64,000 nt of DNA, from positions 13,172 through 77,171 of the forward strand of contig JACIWX010000004.1 in assembly GCA_014360755.1 (NCBI GenBank), read 5' to 3'. Under the pieces are notes generated by a model. It was not told the DNA's origin, ran no database searches, and saw only the letters and a list, made by a program, of their open reading frames with translations. The position numbers were made by a program, and so were the translations under genes. This document shows, piece after piece, positions 1 through 9,587 of the stretch. The stretch's first letter is position 1; each line of letters starts with the position of its first letter. The DNA comes from Chloroflexota bacterium (GTDB lineage Bacteria; Chloroflexota; Anaerolineae; UBA2200).

Positions 1-215
1 GTGATCTTGCACAAGCGCAGACACGCTTGTCTGAATTAAACGTGCCTGTACTGCGTGCTTTCCAACTGATGAACGCAGTGGCGATTTCCTGTCCAGCGGA
101 GACCGCTTTGGCACTGCTGCAGGAGCCTTGGGTGCAGGCAATCGAGGAAGATCGCCGCGTGTTTGCCCAGGCACAAAGCAAAGGAGAAGGAGGCAAGGGA
201 GACAGGAATGAGTGA
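1..215 (+). CDS. 3' end of an ORF open from the window edge; its C-terminal segment resembles a peptidase-inhibitor I9 (subtilisin propeptide-like) domain
   Basis: Frame 3 is open from nt 3 to the TGA at 213-215. The segment VLRAFQLMNAVAISCPAETALALLQEPWVQAIEEDRRVFA has the pattern of I9 propeptides. It overlaps the ATG at 208 of the next gene by 8 nt. Confidence 0.3.
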   Translation, partial: DLAQAQTRLSELNVPVLRAFQLMNAVAISCPAETALALLQEPWVQAIEEDRRVFAQAQSKGEGGKGDRNE

Positions 216-1410
216 AGGCAAAATAACCCCTGCTCTGGCGGAGGCGATGACAGCTCCGGGAGCGCCTCGGGAGCATCGCATTATCGTGAAATATCGGGAG
301 CACATTGCGCTCGCCGCGCGGCCCTTGATGGGCATTTCGCGGGTGCAGCATTTTTTCCTCATCCCGGCTGCTGCCATGCGGGCTTCAGCCGAGCAGATAC
401 AGGCGCTTGCTGCTGACCCTGCGGTGGAACACATCTGGCCGGATTTGCTCGTCCACACCTGCCTGGATGCTTCAGCCTCGCAGATCCGCGCCCCACAGGT
501 CTGGGCTGCCGGTTTTACCGGGCGCGATGTGCCCATTGCGATCGTGGATACGGGCATTGACCCGGGCCATCCTGATTTCGCCGGGCGGATTGTCGCGATG
601 GAGGATTTTACTGGCGAGGGTCCCCACGACAACCATGGACATGGCACCCATGTGGCTGGGATTGCCGCCGGGGCAGGCAATCAATATAAAGGCATCGCAC
701 CTGAAGCGCGCATCTATTCCGCCAAAGTGCTGCATGGCGATGGTTCGGGTTATATGAGCGAAGTGATGGCGGGCTTAGAATGGGCTGTACAGCAGAACGT
801 CAGGGTCATTAACCTCTCGCTCGGCGGTGTAGGGCCCTGTGATGGCACGGATGCCCTTTCCACCACTTGTGACGCAGTGGTGGACCGCGGGATAATGGTG
901 TGCGTGGCAGCGGGCAACTATGGCCCGGGCGCGTCCACCGTTGGGCCTCCCGGCTGTGCCAGGAAGGTATTGACCATAGGCGCCGCTTCCAAGCAGGATG
1001 CCATCGCGAACTTTTCGGCGCGCGGGCCCACGAGCGATGGCCGCGTCAAGCCAGACATCCTGCTACCTGGTGTGGACATCGTTTCCTGTCGTGCCCAAGG
1101 CACTGCGATGGGCACACCGGTGGATATGCTGTACACGCGGGCATCTGGCACCAGCATGGCTACGCCGCATGGCACCGGCATTGTGGCTTTGTTGCTGGAA
1201 GCTTTTCCAGATTTGACGCCGGCGCAACTGAAAGAACGGCTCATGAACACTGCCAAGAACCTGGGACTGGACGCCAATGCGCAAGGGAAAGGCCGAGCGG
1301 ATGCCTACCAGGCTTATCTCAACACGCCTTTTACACCGCCAGTAACTCCACCGCCTCCTCCAACAGGCTGTCTCTTGTCCCTTTTGCATCTCTTTATGCC
1401 AGGCGGGTAA
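208..1410 (+). CDS. Subtilisin-like serine protease (peptidase S8) with its own N-terminal I9-like propeptide
   Basis: Catalytic triad motifs are IVDTGID (Asp), HGHGTHVAG (His) and GTSMATPH (Ser). The ORF track starts at a TTG at 163; the ATG at 208 preceded by GGGAGA is preferred. No obvious signal peptide; Pro-rich C-terminus. Confidence 0.9.
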   Translation: MSEGKITPALAEAMTAPGAPREHRIIVKYREHIALAARPLMGISRVQHFFLIPAAAMRASAEQIQALAADPAVEHIWPDLLVHTCLDASASQIRAPQVWAAGFTGRDVPIAIVDTGIDPGHPDFAGRIVAMEDFTGEGPHDNHGHGTHVAGIAAGAGNQYKGIAPEARIYSAKVLHGDGSGYMSEVMAGLEWAVQQNVRVINLSLGGVGPCDGTDALSTTCDAVVDRGIMVCVAAGNYGPGASTVGPPGCARKVLTIGAASKQDAIANFSARGPTSDGRVKPDILLPGVDIVSCRAQGTAMGTPVDMLYTRASGTSMATPHGTGIVALLLEAFPDLTPAQLKERLMNTAKNLGLDANAQGKGRADAYQAYLNTPFTPPVTPPPPPTGCLLSLLHLFMPGG

Positions 1411-1464
1411 ACCTCTGATCTTGACTTCAGTGCTGATATCCCAATGGGAGGGAGAGTATCCACT

Positions 1465-3486
1465 ATGTCCGTGTCTTCAATCGCTTTTGTTTTCCCCATC
1501 GCTGGGTTATTGGGGTTGCTGTTGACCTTCTATTTCGCCCGTGTTACGATGAGCAAGGAGGTGGGGCCACCAGAAATTGCCAAATTCTCCGCTTTTATCC
1601 AGGAAGGTGCAGCCACGTTCCTGCGTCGCGAATACCGCGTCATGGCCATTGTCGCCGTGTTCTTTGCCGCCTTTTTGGTGGTAACATTGAATGTCTATAT
1701 GATGTTCACCTTCCTTATCGGCGCCGGCACCTCGGTGTTAGCAGGCTACATCGGGATGACCATTGCCACGCGTACCAATGGACGCACCACCTTTGCTGCC
1801 CGCAATGGTCTTACGCATGCCTTTGATGTCGCTTTCTCCGGAGGTACAGTGCTAGGCATGGCAGCAATCAGCCTGGGCATACTTGGCGTGTCCTCCATCT
1901 ACTTATTCTTCTCCTTGATGAAGCTGGTGCCCAATCCACTAACTGTTTTAACAGGCTATTCGATTGGCGCAAGTTTCGCGGCGATCTTTGCCCGCATTGG
2001 TGGGGGCATCTATACCAAAGCGGCAGATGTGGGCGCGGATCTGGTGGGTAAAGTCGAGGTGGGCATACCGGAGGATGATCCGCGCAATCCGGCCGTCATT
2101 GCTGACAATGTGGGGGACAATGTGGGCGATGTAGCAGGCATGGGTGCAGACACTTACCAAGCCTACGTGGATACATCCATTGCCGCGCTGATTCTGGGCG
2201 CCTCGGCAACGAGCATCTCGGGCACGTCGTTGGGCGAAAAGGGCATCCTCCTGCCCTTGTGGATCCTCTTGGCTGGGATGATTGGTTCTGTGCTGGCTAT
2301 CGTTGCGGTGAAGGCTTTGACCCACACTGGGAAGGTGGGACCGGAGATGCTCCTACGTCTGGGGATGGTTATCAGCGGAGGAACGACACTGTTGGGAGTT
2401 TTATTGCTGGCTATTTTCTACCTGGGTGACCTGCGCGCCTTTTACGCCGCGTCCTCAGGGCTGATCGCCGGCGTGGTCATCGGGTTGATTACGGATTACT
2501 TTACGTCAGGACGTCCGGTAGATGCCATTGCCCGTTCGGGAGAATCTGGCGCCGCTACCCTGCTCATCACGGGACTGGCGGTGGGTATGCAGAGTGCCAC
2601 GTTGCCAATGCTCATTTTGGGGCTGTCTATGATTGCAGCGTTCAGAGCCTGGGGAATCTATGGCATTGCCCTTTCAGGGGTTGGTTTGCTCTCGATTTTG
2701 GGCATTACGTTGACCATGGATGCGTATGGGCCCATCGCCGATAACGCTGGTGGCATCGCCCAGATGACACGGCAGCACCCATCCATCCGACGCATTACCG
2801 ATCGTTTGGACGCGGCAGGAAATACCACTGCTGCCATTGCCAAAGCCTTTGCGGTCAGTGCTACTGCGGCAGCAGCGCTTTCCTTGCTGACCGCTTACTC
2901 GGAAGCGACAAAAGTGCGCAGCCTTGATATCCGCGATGCCCGCGTGATGGCTGGGCTGCTCATTGGAGGGGCATTCCCCGCTCTGGTCTCTTCGATGACG
3001 CTGAAGGCTGTGGGCCGCACGGCAGGGTTGATTGTGGCGGAGGTGCGTCGTCAATTCAAAGAGATTGTTGGATTGCGTGAAGGCAAGGTGCCGCCAAACT
3101 ATCAGCGCTGCATTGACATTGCTACCAAAGGCGCTTTGGAACAATTGGTTGCGCCCTGCCTGATCGCGGTCGCTGCTCCCTTTGTCCTGGTTCTCTCCCT
3201 GGGGTGCGAAGCGCTGGCGGGCTTCCTGGGTGGCAACATCGTGAGCGGCATTTTCCTGGCTATTTTTATGGCTAATGCGGGTGGTGCTTGGGACAATGCC
3301 AAAAAACGTATTGAGGCTGGTGCGTATGGCGGCAAAGGTTCCCTGGCTCACCTCGCCAGTGTAGTGGGCGATACGGTAGGGGATCCACTGAAAGACACGG
3401 CGGGGCCCACTCTGAATATCCTCGTCGAATTGGTTGCCGCCGTTTCCCTTGCCTTTGTACCGCTGTTCTTGCGGTTCGTCCACTGA
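1465..3486 (+). CDS. hppA: Membrane-bound pyrophosphate-energised cation pump (H+/Na+-PPase), K+-stimulated type
   Basis: Motifs GGIYTKAADVGADLVGKVE and DNVGDNVGD. The GNTTAAIAKAF motif has Ala, not Lys, at the K+-dependence position. The ORF track start is 1444; the ATG at 1465 has a GGGAGGGAG Shine-Dalgarno about 10 nt upstream. Confidence 0.93.
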   Translation: MSVSSIAFVFPIAGLLGLLLTFYFARVTMSKEVGPPEIAKFSAFIQEGAATFLRREYRVMAIVAVFFAAFLVVTLNVYMMFTFLIGAGTSVLAGYIGMTIATRTNGRTTFAARNGLTHAFDVAFSGGTVLGMAAISLGILGVSSIYLFFSLMKLVPNPLTVLTGYSIGASFAAIFARIGGGIYTKAADVGADLVGKVEVGIPEDDPRNPAVIADNVGDNVGDVAGMGADTYQAYVDTSIAALILGASATSISGTSLGEKGILLPLWILLAGMIGSVLAIVAVKALTHTGKVGPEMLLRLGMVISGGTTLLGVLLLAIFYLGDLRAFYAASSGLIAGVVIGLITDYFTSGRPVDAIARSGESGAATLLITGLAVGMQSATLPMLILGLSMIAAFRAWGIYGIALSGVGLLSILGITLTMDAYGPIADNAGGIAQMTRQHPSIRRITDRLDAAGNTTAAIAKAFAVSATAAAALSLLTAYSEATKVRSLDIRDARVMAGLLIGGAFPALVSSMTLKAVGRTAGLIVAEVRRQFKEIVGLREGKVPPNYQRCIDIATKGALEQLVAPCLIAVAAPFVLVLSLGCEALAGFLGGNIVSGIFLAIFMANAGGAWDNAKKRIEAGAYGGKGSLAHLASVVGDTVGDPLKDTAGPTLNILVELVAAVSLAFVPLFLRFVH

Positions 3487-3498
3487 GGGGAAAAGCAC

Positions 3499-4224
3499 AT
3501 GCGTCCGTTGATTGGCATCCCTTGCCAGGGTAACCTACGCTCAGCATACCGCCGCTTTTGCGTTGGACAGAGCTACTGCCGCGCGCTGGAGATGGCAGGA
3601 GGCGCACCGGTGCTTATCCCCTTGCTCCGCGACGAGCAAGCACTGTGGGACATCTATCAGCGGCTTGATGGTTTGCTCTTAGCGGGTGGCGGGGATATTG
3701 CACCGCACCATTTTGGCCAGGTTCGCACGGCAAAAGTGAGCTATGTGGACCCGCCTCGCGATCGTGTGGAAATGTTCTTGGTACGGCGGGCAGTTGCCGA
3801 TGACCTGCCGGTGTTGGCTATCTGCCGTGGGATACAGGTGCTCAATGTCGCACTGGGGGGCACGCTGTATCAGGACATCCCTTCGCAAATCCCTCATGCC
3901 TTGCGCCATAATTTTCACCCCGATCATGCGCGCAATCACCTTGGCCACGAGGTGGAGATCAAGGGGGGGACGCGCTTGGCGGACATTCTCGGCGCGACAC
4001 GCGTGGAAGTCAACAGCTTTCACCACCAGTCCTTGCAGAACGTTCCTGACCTCCTCCAAGTAACAGCAGTGGCTCCGGACGGTGTGATTGAAGCCGTCGA
4101 GGCTTCGCGCCAACGCTTTGTCCTGGGCGTGCAGTGGCACCCCGAAGAATTGGTTGATGATGACCCCAGGATGAAACACCTCTTTGAGGTGTTTGTGGAA
4201 GAAGCAGGCAAGCATTTGCATTAG
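3499..4224 (+). CDS. Class I glutamine amidotransferase-like, gamma-glutamyl-GABA hydrolase family (peptidase C26)
   Basis: Nucleophile context LAICRGIQVLNV, and VQWHPE near the C-terminus; size is typical of the PuuD-like family. Confidence 0.8.
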   Translation: MRPLIGIPCQGNLRSAYRRFCVGQSYCRALEMAGGAPVLIPLLRDEQALWDIYQRLDGLLLAGGGDIAPHHFGQVRTAKVSYVDPPRDRVEMFLVRRAVADDLPVLAICRGIQVLNVALGGTLYQDIPSQIPHALRHNFHPDHARNHLGHEVEIKGGTRLADILGATRVEVNSFHHQSLQNVPDLLQVTAVAPDGVIEAVEASRQRFVLGVQWHPEELVDDDPRMKHLFEVFVEEAGKHLH

Positions 4225-4261
4225 GCAGAAGCGTGGGAGCATAAGCGTATTAAGCGCGCAT

Positions 4262-4291
4262 TTGGGATATTTGGGATATCCTTTGGGATAT
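4262..4291. repeat. Three direct copies of TTGGGATAT in a convergent intergenic gap
   Basis: tttgggatatttgggatatcctttgggatat read directly, between the stop codons of two convergent genes. Confidence 0.6.
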
Positions 4292-4296
4292 ATTGT

Positions 4297-5661
4297 CTAC
4301 TTAAGGATGTAATAGGCACCCTTCTTATCGCCGATGCGCAGCAAGATCCCCTTCTCCACCATGTCCGCCAGGTCCAGGCGCAGTGTTTCGGGAGTTACAT
4401 GGGGGCATAGGTCGTGGTACTCACGGTTAGTGATGCGGTCGTGTTCCTGCAGGTACTCTAGGGCTTTGATCTGTCGCTCGTTGAGCACTTTCTCCCACTT
4501 GCTCGCTGGGCGTTCGCGCACGTTGCGCAGAATCACTTTGAACGAGAAGGGCGTAGCTTCGAATTGCGGGCGGGGATGCCCCGCTTGAAGCATCTCGTCA
4601 ATCATGCGGTCAATGCCTAGGCCCAATTCCTCGATGAAGCCCCAATAGAAGAGTCCCCTCACAATGCGCGGGTTGCGCGAGAAATGCTCTTCGACGATGT
4701 TATCCAGAGTAATATGGCCTGGGAGCCCGCCGGGGCTGATGATTTCCAGTCGGTCGTCGAACATGCGCACTTCGATCCGGCGGCCCGTAATGCGATAGTC
4801 GCGGTGGGCGACGGCATTCACGATGGCTTCGCGCACTGCCGCTGGGGGGTATTCGGGGCGCTCTTCCCGTTCCAAGCCATGGATGACCGTTTCATGGCGC
4901 ATCTCCTCCCAAATGATGTTCCAGAGTTTGTCAATGATTTGGCATAGCGCTCCACGGATTTCTTCGCGTCGGGTATAGCCAGGCAGGCCATCCCGGTTGG
5001 TTGGTGTCGTGCCTGCAAAGCGCACCAAAACAGCATCGCTGTGGGGGATCATGCGCTGGGGGTTGCGCCCAAAGAGCAGCAAGCCGGCCACAGTGGGTTT
5101 GCCTTCTGCATTGATGGCGCCGCTATCCAATAAGAGCTCCTGTTCGCTCAACTGCTCGCCACGGGGGCCACGTAACCGACGCTTGGCAGCATATTCGGCG
5201 ATAATGCCCTGGTCAAAATCGTCCAAGGTCGCGCCAGGAACTGCCTCCAATTCATATTCTCCCGCCCCCTTGGCCGAAGCGAGATGTCTGATCTCTTCGC
5301 CGCTCAGAGGGCGGTTCTTCTCACCCGAGCGCAACAGGACGCGGCCGTCAAAAAGGCTGTGCAATTCTGGGCTGCGTGGCACGGAGATAGCAACTGCTGT
5401 CCCGCTCGGGGTCTCCAATGCCTGCCATTCCGTTTTGACTGGCGGACGGCACATCCCTTGTGCACGCAGGAGCACTGCTTCCAAGTGCTCCGGCTCAACC
5501 TCCTCCAGCAGCATCCCGGTGGTGCTGAGCCCAACCAGGATCGTGCCTCCATCAGCGTTGGCAAAAGCCACCAAAGTTTCTGCTAACGCTTCTGCATCAG
5601 GTTGTGGCATGAATTCCAGCAGTTGTCCGCGCCCTTTTCTCAACAGTTCTTTGAGATCCAT
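4297..5661 (-). CDS. AlbA_2 (Schlafen-like) / HATPase_c_4 / C-terminal winged-helix protein, usually annotated as a putative ATP-dependent DNA-binding regulator
   Basis: N-terminal LLEF...LVAFANADGGTILVGL (AlbA_2 pattern), central REAIVNAVAHRDY (HATPase_c_4 pattern), C-terminal HTH-like segment ITNREYHDL...VEKGILLRIG. Confidence 0.75.
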   Translation of the reverse strand: MDLKELLRKGRGQLLEFMPQPDAEALAETLVAFANADGGTILVGLSTTGMLLEEVEPEHLEAVLLRAQGMCRPPVKTEWQALETPSGTAVAISVPRSPELHSLFDGRVLLRSGEKNRPLSGEEIRHLASAKGAGEYELEAVPGATLDDFDQGIIAEYAAKRRLRGPRGEQLSEQELLLDSGAINAEGKPTVAGLLLFGRNPQRMIPHSDAVLVRFAGTTPTNRDGLPGYTRREEIRGALCQIIDKLWNIIWEEMRHETVIHGLEREERPEYPPAAVREAIVNAVAHRDYRITGRRIEVRMFDDRLEIISPGGLPGHITLDNIVEEHFSRNPRIVRGLFYWGFIEELGLGIDRMIDEMLQAGHPRPQFEATPFSFKVILRNVRERPASKWEKVLNERQIKALEYLQEHDRITNREYHDLCPHVTPETLRLDLADMVEKGILLRIGDKKGAYYILK

Positions 5662-5717
5662 ACACCTTTCCCTACTCTGCTACTCTGCCTCGCACTCTTT
5701 TCACCTTCCGCAGAACG

Positions 5718-8300
5718 CTACCCCTTGCGTGCCTTCTTCGTCGTTGCTTGAGGAGCAGCAGTGGTGTCTTGTACTTCTCCTTTCTTTGTCCGCCTGGTGC
5801 TTCCTTTCGCCTTGGTTGTGGACTGTTTCGCGGCAGGCCTGCGTGTCTGAAGAGCCCTCTTCTCCTCTCTGGAGGGTGCCTGGCGGGTAGCAGCAGACGC
5901 CTTGGATGTGGCTCGTATGCGCATGATGCTGATGACTTTATCCGTGCCTTTGAGGGGTACAATGATTGTGCCACGCGTGGAACGGCTTTGTTGGGGGATT
6001 TCGCTAGCTTTGGTTCGCAAGGTGGTTCCTCTGGCAGAGGAAATGCCAATCTCGTTATCCTTACGCACGACACAAGCTGCTGCCAGCAACCCGGTTTGCG
6101 CTAGGGCTTTGGACGAGAAGGTCTCAATGCCTTTGCCGTAACGGCTCTGGGCTGGATAGGCTGTCAGAGGCGTCTGTTTGGCATAGCCTTTTTCGCTCAC
6201 GACGAGCAGAGAAGCGCCTTCCTGCACGCCATCCATCCCGATAATGTAGTCATCAGTGGCTAGTTTGATGGCTTTCACGCCCGCGGCGTTGCGGCCCATT
6301 GCCCGTACTTCCTCTTCATGAAAACGTATCGCTTGCCCCCTTGCGGTAACTAAAATGAGCTCTTGGTTGCCGCCGGTGATCATGGCACAACGCAACTTAT
6401 CGCCTTCGTCCAATGCGATGGCAGTCAGGCCACTTGGACGGATAGCGGAGAACTCTTCTAGCGGGGTGCGTTTGATGCGGCCTTGGGCAGTGCACATGGT
6501 CAGGAAGGTGCCTGCTTGGAAGTCAGGCGTTTCTATCACTGCAGTTACCGTTTCGTCTGCTTCGGTGGTCAGCAAACTAGAGAGAGGGATGCCCGTTGCC
6601 GAATCAGGGATTTGATGCGCTTTGATGGTAAAGCAGCGGCCTTTGTCCGTGCAAAAGAGCACATTGTGCAGTGTGTTGGTCGCCACTATATGCTGTACGG
6701 CATCCCGGCTTGTCGCAGGAAACAGGTCGCTGCGCCGGGAAACCCTTTTCACATAGCCCCGTTGCGTCACGGCAACGAACACATCTTCCTCTGGAATCAG
6801 GTCTTCGACCCTGATTTCTTCGGCTTCCTTTTCCGAAATACGTGTGCGTCGGGCATCGCCATAGCGTTCTTTCAGTTCCTGCAGCTCTGCCTTGATGACC
6901 TGGAGGATTTTGCGCGGGCTAGCCAGCAGGCTCTGCAGGTATTGGATTTGCTTCAGTACATCCGCATATTCTTCCTCGATTTTGCGGCGTTCCAGTGCTG
7001 CCAAACGACGTAATTGCAAATCGAGGATGGCGCGTGCTTGTATCTCCGTCAGCTTGAACTTGCGCTGTAGATTATGCAAGGCGGTATCCGCATTTTGAGA
7101 TTGGCGGATGGTGGTGATGACTGCATCCAAGTTGTCCAGGGCAATTTTCAGCCCTTCGAGGATGTGGGCGCGCAACTTGGCGCGCTCCAGTTCAAAACGG
7201 CTGCGGCGGGTGATGACTTCCTGGCGATGTTCGATAAACAGTTGCAGGCACCGCTTCAACGATAGGACACGGGGTTCACCGTCCACCAACGCCAACAGGT
7301 TGACGTTGAACGTGCTCTGCATAGGCGTGTATTTGTACAATTGCATCAATGTGGGCTGTGGTTCCATCCCACGCTTCAGCTCAATGACGATACGCATGCC
7401 CTGGCGGTCGGATTCATCGCGCAAATCGGATATCGTCTCAATCCTTTTGTCGCGCACCAACTCGGCGATTCTCTCAATCAGGCTGGCTTTGCCCACTTGA
7501 TACGGGAGCTCGGTAACGATAATGACAGATTTGCCCCCGCCAGCGTCCTCAAAATGCGCCCTTGCCCGCACGACGATCTTCCCATTGCCAGTAGCATAGG
7601 CACTGCGGATGCCTTCCAGCCCCAGGATAGTGCCCCCGGTTGGGAAATCAGGGCCTTTGATAAACGTCATCAGTTCTTCCACAGAAATGGCATCTATACG
7701 CCGATAGTTGTCTATGAGGAAGATCAGGGCATCACACACTTCGTTCAAATTGTGCGGCGGTACATTGGTAGCCATGCCGACCGCGATGCCGGAGGCACCG
7801 TTCAGCAGGAAATTTGGCACGCGCGTGGGCAGCACCGTTGGCTCTTGCAATGTGCCATCAAAGTTGTCCATGAAATCCACGGTGTCTTTGTCTATGTCAG
7901 CCAGCAATTCCTCGGCAATGGGGGTCAGGCGCGCTTCGGTATAGCGCATCGCGGCGGGGTTGTCACCATCAATAGAGCCAAAGTTACCCTGGCCATCCAC
8001 CAGCAAATACCGCATTGTGAAATCCTGGGCCATACGCGTCATCGCATCGTAAACCGCGACATCGCCGTGGGGGTGGTACTTGCCCAGCACTTCACCGACG
8101 ATGCGGGCGCTTTTCTTGTAAGGTTTGTCGTGCTGCAAGCCCATGTCATTCATGGCGTAGAGGATACGGCGTTGTACGGGCTTTAATCCATCCCGGACAT
8201 CGGGCAGGGCGCGCGAAGTGATGACACTCATGGCGTAATCCAAATACGCTGTCTTCATTTCCTGCTCGATGTCAACCTGTCTGACGATGCCAATCTCCAT
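5718..8300 (-). CDS. gyrA: DNA gyrase subunit A with a Lys/Arg-rich C-terminal tail
   Basis: [34 protein letters not shown] and the active-site region AMRYTEARL. The ORF track start is 8330; the ATG at 8300 (MEIGIV) fits the TATAAT at 8335-8340 better. Confidence 0.97.
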   Translation of the reverse strand: MEIGIVRQVDIEQEMKTAYLDYAMSVITSRALPDVRDGLKPVQRRILYAMNDMGLQHDKPYKKSARIVGEVLGKYHPHGDVAVYDAMTRMAQDFTMRYLLVDGQGNFGSIDGDNPAAMRYTEARLTPIAEELLADIDKDTVDFMDNFDGTLQEPTVLPTRVPNFLLNGASGIAVGMATNVPPHNLNEVCDALIFLIDNYRRIDAISVEELMTFIKGPDFPTGGTILGLEGIRSAYATGNGKIVVRARAHFEDAGGGKSVIIVTELPYQVGKASLIERIAELVRDKRIETISDLRDESDRQGMRIVIELKRGMEPQPTLMQLYKYTPMQSTFNVNLLALVDGEPRVLSLKRCLQLFIEHRQEVITRRSRFELERAKLRAHILEGLKIALDNLDAVITTIRQSQNADTALHNLQRKFKLTEIQARAILDLQLRRLAALERRKIEEEYADVLKQIQYLQSLLASPRKILQVIKAELQELKERYGDARRTRISEKEAEEIRVEDLIPEEDVFVAVTQRGYVKRVSRRSDLFPATSRDAVQHIVATNTLHNVLFCTDKGRCFTIKAHQIPDSATGIPLSSLLTTEADETVTAVIETPDFQAGTFLTMCTAQGRIKRTPLEEFSAIRPSGLTAIALDEGDKLRCAMITGGNQELILVTARGQAIRFHEEEVRAMGRNAAGVKAIKLATDDYIIGMDGVQEGASLLVVSEKGYAKQTPLTAYPAQSRYGKGIETFSSKALAQTGLLAAACVVRKDNEIGISSARGTTLRTKASEIPQQSRSTRGTIIVPLKGTDKVISIMRIRATSKASAATRQAPSREEKRALQTRRPAAKQSTTKAKGSTRRTKKGEVQDTTAAPQATTKKARKG

Positions 8301-8334
8301 ATCCTGGGACCTTTCCTTGCCTAATGTCATTCCT

Positions 8335-8363
8335 ATTATACCCTAAAGAGTTTGTATTCCCAA
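8335..8363 (-). promoter_or_regulatory. Candidate sigma70-type promoter for gyrA
   Basis: Minus strand reads TTGGGA, 17 nt, TATAAT, about 35 nt upstream of the ATG at 8300. Confidence 0.4.
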
Positions 8364-8388
8364 GAACCCCCCTGTTGCTGTAGACATG

Positions 8389-8417
8389 TTGACCATAAGG
8401 GCATAGCGTGCTATACT
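8389..8417 (+). promoter_or_regulatory. Candidate sigma70-type promoter (extended -10) for pfkA
   Basis: TTGACC (8389-8394), 17 nt, TGcTATACT (-10 at 8412-8417). Confidence 0.5.
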
Positions 8418-8539
8418 TGCTGACAGGGCAGGGAACATTCATTCTGATTTGCAAGGAGTTTGCTGCCCGCCTTGTGAGTGGTAGCAGAGTGAGCGTGGTG
8501 ACCTCATCGGTTTAATGCGCAAATGGATTGGAGGGGAGT

Positions 8540-9511
8540 ATGAAACGCATTGCTGTACTGACCAGTGGGGGCGATGCCCCGGGCATGAATGCGGCCATTC
8601 GCGCCGTGGTGCGAACTGGCCTTGACAAAGGATGGGAAGTATTTGGTGTGCGTCAAGGTTATGCTGGTCTCATTGTAGGCAATTTCATCCCATTGAAAGC
8701 TCGTGATGTCAGTGGAATCATCCAGCAAGGGGGTACTGTATTAGGCAGCGCCCGGTGCCTTGAGTTCAAGACGGAAGAGGGGCAATTGAAGGCATTGCGC
8801 GCCTTGCATCAGCAAGACATCGAGGCTTTGGTGGTGATTGGCGGGAATGGCTCCCAAAAAGGTGCCTATGACCTGTGGCGCATGGGGTTCCCGGTAGTGG
8901 GCATTGCTTCCACCATAGATAACGACCTCTATGGTTCCGAGGTCACTATTGGCGTGGATACTGCGCTGAATATCGCGTTGGAAGCGATAGACCGGCTGAA
9001 GGTTACCGCTTCTTCTCATCAAAGGGCATTCCTCGTAGAAGTCATGGGCCGCAATTGTGGCTACCTGGCATTGATGGCAGGCATTGCTGGCGGTGCCGAA
9101 GCCGTGGTCATCCCCGAAGTGGAAACGGATCCAGAAGCGTTGGCGGCTGAATTGCGCTCTTCTTACGAACGTGGCAAATCCCATGCTTTGGTCGTGGTCG
9201 CCGAGGGGGCAAAGTACAACGCCGAGGGCTTGCTGCAATATTTCCAGAAACACCGCGAACGGTTGGGATTTGAATTGCGTGCCACGACTCTGGGCCATGT
9301 GCAGCGCGGCGGTGCTCCCACTGCCTATGACCGCTTGCTGGCGACCCGCATGGGGGCAGCGGCGACGGAATACATCGCCTGCGGCGAATACGGTCTGCTA
9401 ATGGGCTTGGTGAAAGGTGAAATCACGGGCACGCCACTGGAAGAGGCAGCGCACAAGAAGAAAGAGATAGATATGCGACTGCTGAGATTGGCTGAGGTGC
9501 TGGCGAAATAG
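8540..9511 (+). CDS. pfkA: ATP-dependent 6-phosphofructokinase
   Basis: MKRIAVLTSGGDAPGMNAAIRAVVR, GIASTIDNDL, TTLGHVQRGG. GGAGGGGAG Shine-Dalgarno before the ATG at 8540. Confidence 0.95.
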   Translation: MKRIAVLTSGGDAPGMNAAIRAVVRTGLDKGWEVFGVRQGYAGLIVGNFIPLKARDVSGIIQQGGTVLGSARCLEFKTEEGQLKALRALHQQDIEALVVIGGNGSQKGAYDLWRMGFPVVGIASTIDNDLYGSEVTIGVDTALNIALEAIDRLKVTASSHQRAFLVEVMGRNCGYLALMAGIAGGAEAVVIPEVETDPEALAAELRSSYERGKSHALVVVAEGAKYNAEGLLQYFQKHRERLGFELRATTLGHVQRGGAPTAYDRLLATRMGAAATEYIACGEYGLLMGLVKGEITGTPLEEAAHKKKEIDMRLLRLAEVLAK

Positions 9512-9587
9512 CGTGAACCGGGTAGAAGCGTTTCACAGGGCATAATATATGGCTTGTACGTTGCTGGGATAAAGGAGGAACCACAAA

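Noticed and set aside
36-680. 214-aa minus-strand ORF. Similar long antisense ORFs: 4997-5890 (+), 7341-8186 (+), 18740-19477 (-), 21794-22684 (-), 24642-25415 (+), 26682-27317 (+), 12386-12937 (+), 2674-3498 (-), 55679-56128 (-)
   Set aside because: Each lies antisense to, or out of frame with, a gene carrying clear family motifs. Their composition is Arg/Ala/Cys/Ser-rich, typical of shadow ORFs in GC-rich coding DNA.
4262-4291. Possible CRISPR or tandem-repeat locus
   Set aside because: There are only three 9-bp units with essentially no spacers, and no cas genes. It is kept only as a minor repeat.
5672-6073. 133-aa minus-strand ORF overlapping the gyrA 3' end
   Set aside because: It is an alternative frame of the basic-tail region of gyrA. 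Its Arg/Pro-rich composition is a frame artefact.
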